DNA from: Dehalococcoidia bacterium
Lineage (GTDB): Bacteria; Chloroflexota; Dehalococcoidia; Bin125
Length of the DNA: 64,000 nucleotides
Reading direction: 5' to 3'
Assembly: GCA_963663235.2 (NCBI GenBank)
Contig: CAXXNO010000008.1
Coordinates: 128,001 to 192,000, forward strand
The translations under genes were made by a program, and so were the position numbers. Positions within the stretch are counted from its first letter, which is position 1, and each line of letters opens with the position of its first letter. Of the stretch, positions 19,427 through 29,834 are shown piece after piece. The notes under the pieces were generated by a model. That model saw only the letters and a program-made list of their open reading frames with translations. It searched no databases and had not been told where the DNA came from.

Positions 19427-20785
19427 GTGGGCGAAGGTCACGCGGACTTGAAGAGACGGGCGCAGCAGGACGGCATCGAGTTCTTCTTCGCGATGTTCGT
19501 TGACATGCACGGCAAGCCTTGCGCCAAATTGGTGCCGGCGGCCTCGTTCGACGCCCTGATGTCGGATGGCGTCGGCTTCGCCGGCTTCGCGGCGGGCCCC
19601 CTGGGCCAGAGCCCGGCCGATCCCGATTTGATCGCCATCCCGGATCCCGCCTCCTACACGCCGGTCCCCTGGCAGCACGGGCTTGCCGTGCTCCACTGCG
19701 ACCTCCACGTCAACGGCGAGAAATGGCCGTACTCCCCCAGGGTCATCCTCAAGCGCCAGCTCGCGCGTCTCGCCGAACGGCGGATGGTCTTTAACTGTGG
19801 CGCGGAGATCGAATACTTCCTGGTGCGCCGCACCGACGATGGAGGGATCGCCCCTGCCGATCCGCTCGATACCGCGGCGCAGCCCTGCTACGACGCCAAG
19901 GGGCTCACCCGAATGTACGACCATCTCACCGTGGTCTCGCGTTATCTCAATCGCCTCGGCTGGGGCAACTACGCCAATGACCACGAGGACGCCAACGGCC
20001 AGTTCGAGCAGAACTTCGCCTACGCCGACGCCCTGACCACCGCCGATCGGGTCATCTTCTTCCGCTACATGGTGCACACCCTCGCGAATCAGGCCGGGCT
20101 TGTGGCCACCTTCATGCCGAAGCCGTTTGCCCACCTGACCGGGAGCGGCATGCATATCCACTCCAGCCTCTGGAACACGGAAACGGGCGAGCCGCTCTTC
20201 CTCGATCCGGCGGACGCACGGGGCTTGGGATTGTCAAAGCTGGCCTACCAGTTCATCGCCGGTCTGCTAGAGCACGCCCCGTCGATGATGGCCGTCATCG
20301 GCCCGACCGTGAACTCCTACAAGCGGATTGGCGTGGCCCCCCCGGTTTCTGGATCAACCTGGGCACCCGCCTATATCACCTACGGCGGCAACAATCGCAC
20401 CCAGATGCTGCGGGTCCCCGAATCGGGACGTGTCGAGAATCGCGCTGTAGACGGCTCGGCCAATCCGTACCTGGCCTTCACCGTCATGGCGGCTGCCGGC
20501 CTCGATGGCATCGACCGCGGCCTCGACCCCGGGGATCCAAACCGCGACAATCTCTACGCCCTGCACCCCGACGAAGTGAAGACGCGCGGCATCAAGGTCG
20601 TGCCGGAAACCCTCACCCACGCAGTAGATGAGCTGGTGCAGGACTCCGTGCTCCGGGAGGCGCTGGGCAAAGTCCGCACGGGCGACTACATCGATTACTT
20701 CGCCCGTACCAAGCGGGACGAGTTCGCGGAGTTCCACCGGGCCGTGGGCGCGTGGGAACTTAATCGCTACCTGACGCTCTTCTAG
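19427..20785 (+). CDS. gmaS: Type III glutamate-ammonia ligase / gamma-glutamylmethylamide synthetase (GlnT/GmaS)
   Basis: AKLVP, GFAGFA, PCYD, YANDHEDANGQFE, FMPKPF, GGNNRT; AGGAGG RBS before GTG 19427; adjacent to mgsABC. Confidence 0.9.
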   Translation: MGEGHADLKRRAQQDGIEFFFAMFVDMHGKPCAKLVPAASFDALMSDGVGFAGFAAGPLGQSPADPDLIAIPDPASYTPVPWQHGLAVLHCDLHVNGEKWPYSPRVILKRQLARLAERRMVFNCGAEIEYFLVRRTDDGGIAPADPLDTAAQPCYDAKGLTRMYDHLTVVSRYLNRLGWGNYANDHEDANGQFEQNFAYADALTTADRVIFFRYMVHTLANQAGLVATFMPKPFAHLTGSGMHIHSSLWNTETGEPLFLDPADARGLGLSKLAYQFIAGLLEHAPSMMAVIGPTVNSYKRIGVAPPVSGSTWAPAYITYGGNNRTQMLRVPESGRVENRAVDGSANPYLAFTVMAAAGLDGIDRGLDPGDPNRDNLYALHPDEVKTRGIKVVPETLTHAVDELVQDSVLREALGKVRTGDYIDYFARTKRDEFAEFHRAVGAWELNRYLTLF

Positions 20786-20882
20786 GTGGACCCGCGTCTG
20801 CCACCGCTCTATGCTGGGCCGCTGCAGCCACGGCGATCCTTTGTCTGCGACGTACGCCCGTGGTCTGGCCACCTGGTGCACG

Positions 20883-22181
20883 ATGTGGCGACCGCTGAAC
20901 GGACTGCTTGGCAACGGCAGAGGATCGGGGCCGCGGGCGCGCTACTCAGCGTTCGGGTTGCTCCGCCGCGGCCTCTCCGGGGCTGATTGGCCCCCCGCCT
21001 GGTCGACGCACGATCTAGCGCCCTCCTACGACGTGGTGGTGATCGGCGGTGGTGTGCACGGCCTCGCCACGGCCTACTACCTGGCCACCAACCACGGCCT
21101 CCGCAACGTCGCCGTCATTGAGAAGCGCTACATCGGCAGCGGCGCCTCGGGCCGCAATACGGCGATTATCCGCTCCAACTACCTAACTCCGGAGGGCGTC
21201 CGCTTCTACCACCGGTCGCTCAAGCTGTATGAGAGGCTCGCGGCCGACCTCAACTTCAACGTCATGTTTGAGCAGCGCGGTCATCTCACCCTCGCCCACA
21301 ACGATTCCTCGGTCCGCACCATGCGTTGGCGGGCGGAGGTCAACAAGCTTGAAGGGGTAGACTCCGAGGTCATCGGCCCCACCGAGGTCAAGGAGCTGGC
21401 GCCGTTCCTCGATGTCTCGGAGCAGACCCGCTATCCGATCCTCGGAGCGCTGTATCACCCGCCCGGCGGCATCGTCCGCCACGACGCAGTCGTCTGGGGC
21501 TATGCCCGCGGCGCCAGCGCCCGCGGCGTGCATATCCATCAGGACACCGAGGTCCTCGATATCAACGTGATCGGCGGCAAGGTCAGGGGTGTGGTCACCA
21601 ACCGCGGCGAGATCGCGACGCCTGTGGTCGTCAACTGCACGGCCGGCTGGTCCTCAGTGATCGCCGGCATGGCGGGGGTCGAGCTCCCGATCGAGACCTT
21701 CCCCCTCCAGGCGGCTGTCACGGAGCCTGTGAAGTTCTTCCTCAATCCGGTGATCGTGTCGGGGACGCTCCATGTATACGTGAGCCAGACCGCCCGCGGC
21801 GAGCTGGTCTTCGGCGCCAGCGTGGATCCGTTCACGTCCTATTCCACCCAAGGCTCGCTCGAATTCACCGAGGAGTTGGCCGGCCACGTCTTGCAGCTGA
21901 TGCCATCGCTTGCCCGGCTGCGCCTGCTGCGGCAGTGGGCCGGCCTCTGCGACATGACGCCGGACTTCTCACCGATCATCGGCGCCACGCCCGTCGCGGG
22001 ATTCTACATCGACGTGGGCTGGGGTACCTATGGCTTCAAGGCAGGGCCAGTGGCCGGAGAGGCCATGGCTGAGTTCATCGCTACCGGCACGCCGCCGGAG
22101 ATCATCGCCACGTTCGATCTCGCTCGGTTCGACGAAGGCCGGCTCGTGGGCGAGAAGGGCGCGGCCGCGGTTGGACACTAG
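20883..22181 (+). CDS. soxB: Sarcosine oxidase beta / N-methylglutamate dehydrogenase subunit (MgdA); start uncertain
   Basis: IGGGVHGLATAYYLA, GRNTAIIRSNY, RHDAVVWGYA, GWGTYGFKAGP. Confidence 0.9.
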   Translation: MWRPLNGLLGNGRGSGPRARYSAFGLLRRGLSGADWPPAWSTHDLAPSYDVVVIGGGVHGLATAYYLATNHGLRNVAVIEKRYIGSGASGRNTAIIRSNYLTPEGVRFYHRSLKLYERLAADLNFNVMFEQRGHLTLAHNDSSVRTMRWRAEVNKLEGVDSEVIGPTEVKELAPFLDVSEQTRYPILGALYHPPGGIVRHDAVVWGYARGASARGVHIHQDTEVLDINVIGGKVRGVVTNRGEIATPVVVNCTAGWSSVIAGMAGVELPIETFPLQAAVTEPVKFFLNPVIVSGTLHVYVSQTARGELVFGASVDPFTSYSTQGSLEFTEELAGHVLQLMPSLARLRLLRQWAGLCDMTPDFSPIIGATPVAGFYIDVGWGTYGFKAGPVAGEAMAEFIATGTPPEIIATFDLARFDEGRLVGEKGAAAVGH

Positions 22182-22199
22182 GCGCAAGGAGCGGTCGCC

Positions 22200-22505
22200 G
22201 TGATCCTGATCCCCTGCATCCATTGCGGCCCGCGTAACGCCTCCGAGTTCGCGTACCTGGGCGAACTGGGCCGCCAGCCGGACCCCAACACCACAACGCC
22301 ACCGGAATGGCGACGTTACCTCTACACCAAAGCCAACACCGCTGGCTGGACGGTTGAACGGTGGGTCCACCGTGCCGGCTGCGGGCGCTTCTTTACGGTG
22401 GAGCGGAACACGCTCGACAACAAGATCCGCACGGCTCGACCCCCCGACGCGCAGATCCGTCTTATCCAGCAGGCCGGACGAGCAGACCCAAAGGCCGACG
22501 CATGA
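22200..22505 (+). CDS. soxD: Sarcosine oxidase delta subunit (MgdB)
   Basis: IPCIHCGPR...EF, ERWVHRAGC zinc ligands. Confidence 0.9.
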   Translation: MILIPCIHCGPRNASEFAYLGELGRQPDPNTTTPPEWRRYLYTKANTAGWTVERWVHRAGCGRFFTVERNTLDNKIRTARPPDAQIRLIQQAGRADPKADA

Positions 22506-25375
22506 CAACCATGCTCCGGGCAGCCGGCAGCGCTGCGCGTCTCGGGCCGCAGCCTGGCGAGGTCATCGACCGAGCGCATCGCTTCACGTTCAGATGGAAT
22601 GGCGCGGAAACCGCCGCCTACGCCGGTGACACCATCATCTCGGCGCTGGCGGCGGCCGGAGAACGCGTCTTCTCCCGGAGCTTCAAGTATCACCGGCCGC
22701 GCGGACTCCTCACCGCCAGCTTCATCGACCCCGGCTGTCTGGTGCAAGTAGGGAAGGAGCCCAACGTCCGCGGCGCGCACCGCCGCGTGGAAGCCGGCAT
22801 GGCGGTCCGGGCACAAAACGTCTGGCCGTCGCTCCGCTATGACGTGATGGCGCTCAACCAGGCAATGACTCGGATGCTGCCGCCCGGATTCTACTACAAG
22901 ACGTTCATGGCGCCGCGCGCTTTGTGGCCCGCCTATCAGATGGTGCTGCGACGCTTCGCGCCTGGCGGAGTCGTCACCAACACCAGAACAGACGCCTACT
23001 TCGATAAGCGCTACGCCCACCCAGACGTCCTGATCGCTGGCGGCGGACCGGCTGGCATGGCGGCGGCGGTGGCCGCCGCCGACGAGGGCGCGAAAGTGTT
23101 GTTGGTCGAGGAGGAGTACGAGCTGGGTGGCCACCTCCGTTGGGGCACTGAGGCAGACCTGGCGACCCTGCGCGAGTTGCGCGACGCGGTGGCGGCAAAC
23201 GAGCGCGTGGAGATCATGACCAACTCGACCGTCGCCGCCCGCTACGACGGTAACTGGGTGGCGGTGGCCCAGCGCAACCTTCGCCACGTTGATGAGCGCC
23301 TCATTAAGGCGCGCGCGAAGGTGCTGGTGGTGGCGCCCGGGTTAATTGAGCGGCCCTATGTCTTCGCCGGGAATGACAAGCCTGGTGTCATGCTCTCGAC
23401 CGCGGTGCGGCGCTTAATCAACCTCTACGCTGTGAAGCCGGGCGACCGCGCCGTCGTCTTCACCGCGAACGAGGCCGGCGATGCCGCCATCGCCGATCTG
23501 GAGCGCGCCGGGGTCCAGATCGCGCGGGTTGTCGACGCCCGTCGGGGCGGCAACCTCGTTCGGGCGCGCGGACGCGGCGGCGTACAAGAGGTGCACTTGG
23601 CGGACGGTGCCCGGGTGGAGGCGGACCTCCTCGTTACGGCGGTTGGCTGGACCGCCCCGACAACGCTGCTCACCATGGCGGGCGGCCACCCCGTGTACAA
23701 CCATCGGGCGGCTCGCTTCTTCCCTTCGGAACCGCCCGAAGACGTGCTGGCGACCGGCGGCATCGTCGGCGATGGCACGCTCGACCAGCTGCTCGCCCAT
23801 GCCCGTGCGGTGGGCGCGGAGGCCGCCCGCCGCGCGAGTATCCGCGCTCGCAACCTGCGCGCGGGCAACCCGACCGCGCCGAGCGTTGACCAGCGCTCTC
23901 CTGACTCATCATCCTCGTCCATTCCCGATCTCCCGATTGATGACAGCCCCGCCCTCTTCCGCAGCGCCACGCACGGCATCGTTGACTACTCGGAAGACGT
24001 CTCCTCCAAGGACATCTTCTCCGCGGTCCGTGAAGGCTATGACTCCATCGAGTTGGCGAAGCGTTACACGACCGCCACCATGGGACCGGCGCAGGGCAAG
24101 CTGGAGATGGTCAACGCCATCGCCGTTCACGCGGAGGCGGCCGGCCGGTCCATCGCGGAGACCGGCAGCACCACCTGGCGTCCGCCTTACGCGCCCGTCA
24201 CCCTCGGGGCCCTGGCTGGACGCGCGTTCGAGCCGGTGAGCGTCTCGCCCATGCAGCCGTGGCATGAGCGCCACGATGCCAGAGCGCTGATCGCCGGGCA
24301 CTGGATCCGCCCCGACCACTACGGCGACGCCGCGGCCGAAGTGCGCAACGTGCGCCGGAACGTCGGCATCATCGATGTGACGCCGCTCGGGAAGTTCGAC
24401 CTGCGCGGCCCAGACGTCCCGCGCCTGCTGAACCACCTGTACGTGAACAAGTGGTCCAAGCTCGCGATCGGATCGGTCCGATACGGCGTCATGTGCGCGC
24501 CAGACGGCGTCGTCCTGGATGACGGCGTGACCGGCCGGCTCGGCGAGGATCGCTACGTGATGACCACGACCTCGTCCGGTCCGGAGACCGTCTGGCGCTG
24601 GATCGAGGAGGCATTGCAGACCGAGCACCCCGAGTGGCGGGTGCATGTCATCCCAGTGACCGCCGCCTACGCCAGCATGAATGTGGCGGGCCCCAACTCC
24701 CGGGAGCTGATGTGCCGCGTCGTTGCGGACGTCGACCTCGACCCAGAGGCTTTCCCCTACATGCGCGTACGGAACGGTCGCATCGCTGGGGTGGATGGCT
24801 GCTTCATGTGGCGCATTGGCTTCACCGGAGAGCTGAGCTACGAGCTGCACGTCCCCGCCGCCTACGGTCTGCACGTCTGGGAGACGCTCCTGGATGTCGG
24901 CCGCGACCTCCATATCGGTCCTTTCGGCATCGAAGCGCAGCGAATCATGCGGCTGGAGAAGGGGCACTTCATCGTGGGGCAAGATACGGACGCCCTGACG
25001 GGCGCCTTCGCCGCTGGCCTTGCCCCGCTCGTGAAACTCGACAAGGAGGATTTCATCGGCAAGCCGGAGCTGATCTGGCAAGAGGGGCACGAAGACATCC
25101 TCCATCTCGTTGCTCTCCAGCCGGTGGACAGCTCCGTCGTGCCGCCGGAGGGGAGCCAGATCATCGAGGGCCGGAGACGCATCGTGGGGCGCATTACCTC
25201 CAGCCGCATGTCCCCGACGCTCGGTCGCTCGATCTGTCTGGGCTTCGTCGCGCCGCACCTCAAGGAGCCCGGCGCCATCGTCACCGTCCGCCTGCCGGAC
25301 GGCGGGCATGTCCCCGCGACCGTCATGGAGCATCACGCCCATTTCGATCCGGAAGGGGTGCGCCTCCGTGGTTGA
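22502..25375 (+). CDS. soxA: Sarcosine oxidase alpha subunit (MgdC) with GcvT-like folate domain
   Basis: RSFKYHRPRG, GFYYKTFM, GGGPAG, KRYTTATMG, DVTPLGK, GFTGELSYE, RLEKG. Confidence 0.9.
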   Translation: MTTMLRAAGSAARLGPQPGEVIDRAHRFTFRWNGAETAAYAGDTIISALAAAGERVFSRSFKYHRPRGLLTASFIDPGCLVQVGKEPNVRGAHRRVEAGMAVRAQNVWPSLRYDVMALNQAMTRMLPPGFYYKTFMAPRALWPAYQMVLRRFAPGGVVTNTRTDAYFDKRYAHPDVLIAGGGPAGMAAAVAAADEGAKVLLVEEEYELGGHLRWGTEADLATLRELRDAVAANERVEIMTNSTVAARYDGNWVAVAQRNLRHVDERLIKARAKVLVVAPGLIERPYVFAGNDKPGVMLSTAVRRLINLYAVKPGDRAVVFTANEAGDAAIADLERAGVQIARVVDARRGGNLVRARGRGGVQEVHLADGARVEADLLVTAVGWTAPTTLLTMAGGHPVYNHRAARFFPSEPPEDVLATGGIVGDGTLDQLLAHARAVGAEAARRASIRARNLRAGNPTAPSVDQRSPDSSSSSIPDLPIDDSPALFRSATHGIVDYSEDVSSKDIFSAVREGYDSIELAKRYTTATMGPAQGKLEMVNAIAVHAEAAGRSIAETGSTTWRPPYAPVTLGALAGRAFEPVSVSPMQPWHERHDARALIAGHWIRPDHYGDAAAEVRNVRRNVGIIDVTPLGKFDLRGPDVPRLLNHLYVNKWSKLAIGSVRYGVMCAPDGVVLDDGVTGRLGEDRYVMTTTSSGPETVWRWIEEALQTEHPEWRVHVIPVTAAYASMNVAGPNSRELMCRVVADVDLDPEAFPYMRVRNGRIAGVDGCFMWRIGFTGELSYELHVPAAYGLHVWETLLDVGRDLHIGPFGIEAQRIMRLEKGHFIVGQDTDALTGAFAAGLAPLVKLDKEDFIGKPELIWQEGHEDILHLVALQPVDSSVVPPEGSQIIEGRRRIVGRITSSRMSPTLGRSICLGFVAPHLKEPGAIVTVRLPDGGHVPATVMEHHAHFDPEGVRLRG

Positions 25376-25994
25376 CCGTGCCCCGCTTGCTCGCAGCCCC
25401 ATCGATCCCGCTCCCCCGGTCGCGGTCGTCGATGGTTGGGAGGTCAGCGATCGGCAAAGCTCCGCTGCCCTACGAATCGTCGACTGCACGCCCCTGGCGA
25501 AGGTCCTCGTGCGTGCCGACGGCGACGGAGAAGCGGCGCGGACGCTCGATGTCGGTTTCGGCAACGCGCGGCGGGACGCCGCCGGCACTCTCGTAGTTGG
25601 CGATGGGCCGGATGAGTGGATTTTACTGGCGCCTCCGGGGAGCGCGCCGACACTGGCACAGCGGCTGGACAATCTGGCCTCAGGCGAGTTCGTCAGCGTC
25701 CTCGATGTCACCCACGTCCGCGCTCTGATCCGGCTGACCGGCGAGGATGCGGCCCACCTCTTGGCCAAGGTCTGCGCCATCGACCTCGACGAGCAGGTAA
25801 CGCCCAACGGCGCCGCCTTTCGTAGCTCGGTGGCCGAGGTGGTGACCGACGTCGTTCGCGATGATCAGGCCAGTGCGCGTTCCTACCTGCTTCACTGCGA
25901 GCGCTCGTTCGGCCAGTACCTGTTCGATGCCTTGCTGGATGCGGGCAACGAGTTCGGCATGGACATCGACGGCTTCCGGCCGCCCGGGATCTGA
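25368..25994 (+). CDS. soxG: Sarcosine oxidase gamma subunit (MgdD)
   Basis: GPDEW, LAKVCAIDL, RSFGQYL; overlaps soxA stop. Confidence 0.85.
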   Translation: MVDRAPLARSPIDPAPPVAVVDGWEVSDRQSSAALRIVDCTPLAKVLVRADGDGEAARTLDVGFGNARRDAAGTLVVGDGPDEWILLAPPGSAPTLAQRLDNLASGEFVSVLDVTHVRALIRLTGEDAAHLLAKVCAIDLDEQVTPNGAAFRSSVAEVVTDVVRDDQASARSYLLHCERSFGQYLFDALLDAGNEFGMDIDGFRPPGI

Positions 25995-26057
25995 GCAGCC
26001 CGTGCCGCACCCTCGCTCCACCCCGAGTCACCAACGCCCACGCCCTGCGTACCGGCA

Positions 26058-26738
26058 ATGACTGACCTCTCCGCGCTCCTGGCCACGCTTCAACACGGCG
26101 ATAGCTTCTTCCCCAGCGGCGCCATCGCCTTCTCGCACGGCCTGGAAACCCTCCGCGCCGATGGCGAAGTCACTACCGCCGACGAGGTCGAGCGATTCAT
26201 CCTCGGGCAACTGTGGGGCCGCTGGGCCTCGTGCGACCGTGCCATCCTCACCGCCGCCTACCACGCGGGCGCCGATCTCGACCGGGTGGAGCACGCCGAT
26301 CGACTCCTGGACGCCATCGCGCTTCCCCGCGAGCTGCGCGAGGGCTCGCGCCGGACGGGGGCCGCGCTGCTCGGAGTCCACGTGGATCTGGGCACCCACA
26401 ACGCCCGGGCATACCGGGAACGGACGGACACGGACGAGGCGCTCGGTCACCTCTCCGCGGTCCAGGGTCTTGTCTGGCGCGGCATCGGCCTGTCCTTGGA
26501 TGAAGCCGGCGCGGCGGCCGTTCACGCGCTTTGCATCGCGCTGCTGGGCGCCGCCTTGCGCCTGAGCGTGATCGGCCACGTCTCGGCTCAGCGCCTCCTC
26601 GGTGGCCTGCGGCCGGCTCTCGTGCAACTGCTGGCGCAGGAGCCGCCCTCACTGGACGAGATCCACACCTTTGCTCCGCTGCCGGAGATTGCTGTGATGC
26701 GACACGAGACCCAGACGAGCCGGCTGTTTTCCAACTGA
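26058..26738 (+). CDS. ureF: Urease accessory protein UreF
   Basis: [17 protein letters not shown]-terminus; [12 protein letters not shown]-terminus. Confidence 0.9.
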   Translation: MTDLSALLATLQHGDSFFPSGAIAFSHGLETLRADGEVTTADEVERFILGQLWGRWASCDRAILTAAYHAGADLDRVEHADRLLDAIALPRELREGSRRTGAALLGVHVDLGTHNARAYRERTDTDEALGHLSAVQGLVWRGIGLSLDEAGAAAVHALCIALLGAALRLSVIGHVSAQRLLGGLRPALVQLLAQEPPSLDEIHTFAPLPEIAVMRHETQTSRLFSN

Positions 26739-26763
26739 CGAGTTGGGTGAAAGGGATAAGCCG

Positions 26764-27465
26764 ATGCTACTGATACCGACGGAGATCGAGCGCCTGATGA
26801 TCTTCAGTGCGGCCGAGCTCGCGCGGAAGCGTCGGGCCCGGGGACTGAAACTCAATCATCCCGAGGCTGTTGCTCTGATCACTGATGAGATCCTCGAAGG
26901 CGCTCGCGATGGGCGATCGGTCGCCAATCTCATCGGCTTCGGCGCGACTCTACTGACCACCGACGACGTCCTCCCCGGCGTCGCCGAGATGGTGTCAGTC
27001 GTCCAGGTGGAAGGCACCTTCCTCGATGGCACCAAGCTGGTCACGGTCCATGACCCGATCCGGCCGGGGAAGGAGGAGATCCCTCCGGCGCGAGCGGTCG
27101 TTCCGGGCGAGATCATCACTGCCGACGGCGACATCGAGTTGAATGCGGGCCGTAGTAGGGCCACGGTGACGGTCACGAACACCGGCGACCGCCCGGTCCA
27201 AGTTGGTAGCCATTACCATTTCTTCGAAGTCAACCGCCATCTCGACTTCGATCGCGCGGCCGCGTTCGGCCTCCGGCTTGATATCCCGGCGGGAACCGCG
27301 TTGCGCTTCGAGCCCGGCGAGAGCAAAGCAGTGACCCTCGTCGAGTTCGGGGGCAACGGCGAACTCTCCGGCCTCAACAGCCTCACCGTCGGCTCGCGCC
27401 ACTCCACCGACACCAAGGAGCGGGCCATCCATCGCGCCCGCGAGCGCGGCTTCAAGGGAGCTTGA
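26764..27465 (+). CDS. ureAB: Fused urease gamma/beta subunit
   Basis: [10 protein letters not shown] and [18 protein letters not shown] (gamma), then [19 protein letters not shown] and [15 protein letters not shown] (beta). Confidence 0.93.
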   Translation: MLLIPTEIERLMIFSAAELARKRRARGLKLNHPEAVALITDEILEGARDGRSVANLIGFGATLLTTDDVLPGVAEMVSVVQVEGTFLDGTKLVTVHDPIRPGKEEIPPARAVVPGEIITADGDIELNAGRSRATVTVTNTGDRPVQVGSHYHFFEVNRHLDFDRAAAFGLRLDIPAGTALRFEPGESKAVTLVEFGGNGELSGLNSLTVGSRHSTDTKERAIHRARERGFKGA

Positions 27466-27468
27466 GCC

Positions 27469-29181
27469 ATGGCAACGATCACACGCCGCCGTTACGCCAC
27501 CCTGTACGGCCCCACCACGGGCGATGCGATCCGCCTGGCCGACACCTCACTTCTCGCCGAGATCGAGCACGACTTCGCCGTATACGGCGACGAGTGCTTG
27601 CATGGCGGTGGCAAGACCCTTCGTGATGGCATGGGGTTGGTGTCCGGCCTCACCAGCGAGGCCGGATCGCTCGACATGCTGCTCAGCAACGCCGTCGTGA
27701 TTGATCCCGTGATCGGCGTCGTCAAGGCCGATATCGGGATCAAGGAGGGCCGGATCTCGGGTATCGGAAAGGCGGGAAACCCGGCTGTCATGGACGGAGT
27801 CGACCCATCCTTGCTTTGCGGGGCGGCGACCACCGTCCGCGACGCCGAGGGATTGATCGCAACGCCCGGCGGCATCGACTGTCACGTCCACTTCGACAGC
27901 GCCCAGCTCTGCGAACACGCCATCAGCAGCGGCGTGACGACGATGCTGGGCGGATCGCTAGGCCCGATTACCGTGGGGATCGACTCGGGCGGCGCCTGGA
28001 ATGTGGCCCGGATGCTCCAGGCCGCTGAGCACTGGCCGATCAACTTCGGCTTCCTGGGCCGGGGTAACTCCTCCGACCCGCGCTCCCTGATCGATCAGAT
28101 CGAAGGCGGCTGCATGGGGCTCAAGATTCACGAGGACTGGGGCGCGATGCCGGCCGTCATCGACACCTGCCTCAGCGTCGCTGACGAGATGGATTTCCAG
28201 GTCCAGCTCCACACCGACACGCTGAACGAGAGCGGCTTTCTGGAGGATACGCTCGCAGCCATCAACGGCCGCACCATCCACATGTACCACGCGGAGGGCG
28301 CCGGTGGTGGCCACGCACCGGACATCATTCGCGTCTCCGGCGAGCCGAACTGCCTCCCCTCCTCCACCAACCCGACGAATCCTTACACGGTCAACACGTT
28401 CGATGAGCACCTCGACATGATCATGGTCTGCCACCACCTCAATCCGGCGGTGCCGGAGGATGTGGCCTTCGCCGAGAGTCGCATCCGCGCGGAGACCATC
28501 GCCGCGGAAGATGTGCTGCATGACCTGGGGGCCATCTCCATGCTCGGCTCGGATAGCCAAGGCATGGGCCGCATCAGCGAGGTGATCTGTCGCACCTGGC
28601 AACTGGCTAGCAAGATGCGAGATCAGCGCGGCCGCTTGCCCGGAGAGCGCCTCGCCCGTGGCGACAACGAGCGCATCAAGCGCTACATCGCCAAGTACAC
28701 CATTAATCCCGCACGAGCCTTCGGCATCGATGCCCACGTGGGTTCGCTGGAGTCGGGCAAGCTCGCCGACGTGGTGCTCTGGCGGCCGGCCTTCTTCGGC
28801 ATAAAACCAGAGCTCGTCATCAAAGGCGGCTTTATCGTTTGGTCCGCCATGGGCGATAGCGCCGCCTCGCTGATGACCTGTGAGCCGCTGATGTTGCGCC
28901 CGCAATGGGGCGCCTTCGGGAGCGCGCCGCAGGCGCTGAGCCTGGCTTTCGTCTCCCAGGCTGCGATGGACCGTGACATCAAAGGCCGGCTCGACTTGCG
29001 CACGGAGGTTGTGCCGGCGAAGAACACGCGCCGGCTCACCAAGGGGAATATGCTGCATAACGATGTGTGTCCGGAGGTGCGCGTGAACCCTGAGACATTC
29101 GAGGTCCATGTCGACGGCGAACTGGCCACCTGCGAGCCGGCGCAGGAACTTCCCCTCGCCCGCCGCTACATGCTGCGATGA
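27469..29181 (+). CDS. ureC: Urease alpha subunit homolog (divergent substrate pocket)
   Basis: [56 protein letters not shown]. Confidence 0.93.
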   Translation: MATITRRRYATLYGPTTGDAIRLADTSLLAEIEHDFAVYGDECLHGGGKTLRDGMGLVSGLTSEAGSLDMLLSNAVVIDPVIGVVKADIGIKEGRISGIGKAGNPAVMDGVDPSLLCGAATTVRDAEGLIATPGGIDCHVHFDSAQLCEHAISSGVTTMLGGSLGPITVGIDSGGAWNVARMLQAAEHWPINFGFLGRGNSSDPRSLIDQIEGGCMGLKIHEDWGAMPAVIDTCLSVADEMDFQVQLHTDTLNESGFLEDTLAAINGRTIHMYHAEGAGGGHAPDIIRVSGEPNCLPSSTNPTNPYTVNTFDEHLDMIMVCHHLNPAVPEDVAFAESRIRAETIAAEDVLHDLGAISMLGSDSQGMGRISEVICRTWQLASKMRDQRGRLPGERLARGDNERIKRYIAKYTINPARAFGIDAHVGSLESGKLADVVLWRPAFFGIKPELVIKGGFIVWSAMGDSAASLMTCEPLMLRPQWGAFGSAPQALSLAFVSQAAMDRDIKGRLDLRTEVVPAKNTRRLTKGNMLHNDVCPEVRVNPETFEVHVDGELATCEPAQELPLARRYMLR

Positions 29182-29834
29182 CGGCCTCAGCGGACGGTGA
29201 GCGCTCCGGTCCCAAGCGCATCGGCATCGGCGGGCCCGTGGGGTCGGGCAAGACGGCGCTGATCGAGGCACTGATTCCGCGCCTGCATTACCGCGGCTAC
29301 GAGGTCGCCATCGTGACCAACGACCTGGTGACGCAAGAGGACGCCGAACGCCTCCAGCGCGCCGGATCCATTGCCCCCGAGCGCGTGGTCGGTGTGGAGA
29401 CAGGCGCCTGCCCCCACACCGCCATCCGTGAGGACCCGACGCTGAACATCGCCGCGGCTGATCGCCTCGCGAGGCGCTTTCGCTTGCTGGACCTGATCTT
29501 GATCGAGAGCGGCGGCGACAACTTGGCTTCCACCTTCTCCCGCGAACTCGTGGATTACTGGCTCTTCGTGATCGATGTAGCCGCCGGCGACGATGTCCCG
29601 CGGAAGCGCGGCCCCGGCCTGATCCAGTGCGATCTCCTCGTGGTCAACAAGATCGATCTCGCGCCCTACGTTCACGCCAATCTCGATGTCATCCGCAGGG
29701 ACAGCGTCATGCTTCGCGGCGACCGGCCGATCGCCTTCACCAACTGTCAGACCGGTGACGGGATCGAGTCGGTCATGCAGCTCCTCACGGGCGACGTCCT
29801 TCAGCGAGCATCCGCGAGAGCCGGTCCCTTGTGA
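29178..29834 (+). CDS. ureG: Urease accessory GTPase UreG
   Basis: [31 protein letters not shown]. Confidence 0.95.
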   Translation: MTASADGERSGPKRIGIGGPVGSGKTALIEALIPRLHYRGYEVAIVTNDLVTQEDAERLQRAGSIAPERVVGVETGACPHTAIREDPTLNIAAADRLARRFRLLDLILIESGGDNLASTFSRELVDYWLFVIDVAAGDDVPRKRGPGLIQCDLLVVNKIDLAPYVHANLDVIRRDSVMLRGDRPIAFTNCQTGDGIESVMQLLTGDVLQRASARAGPL

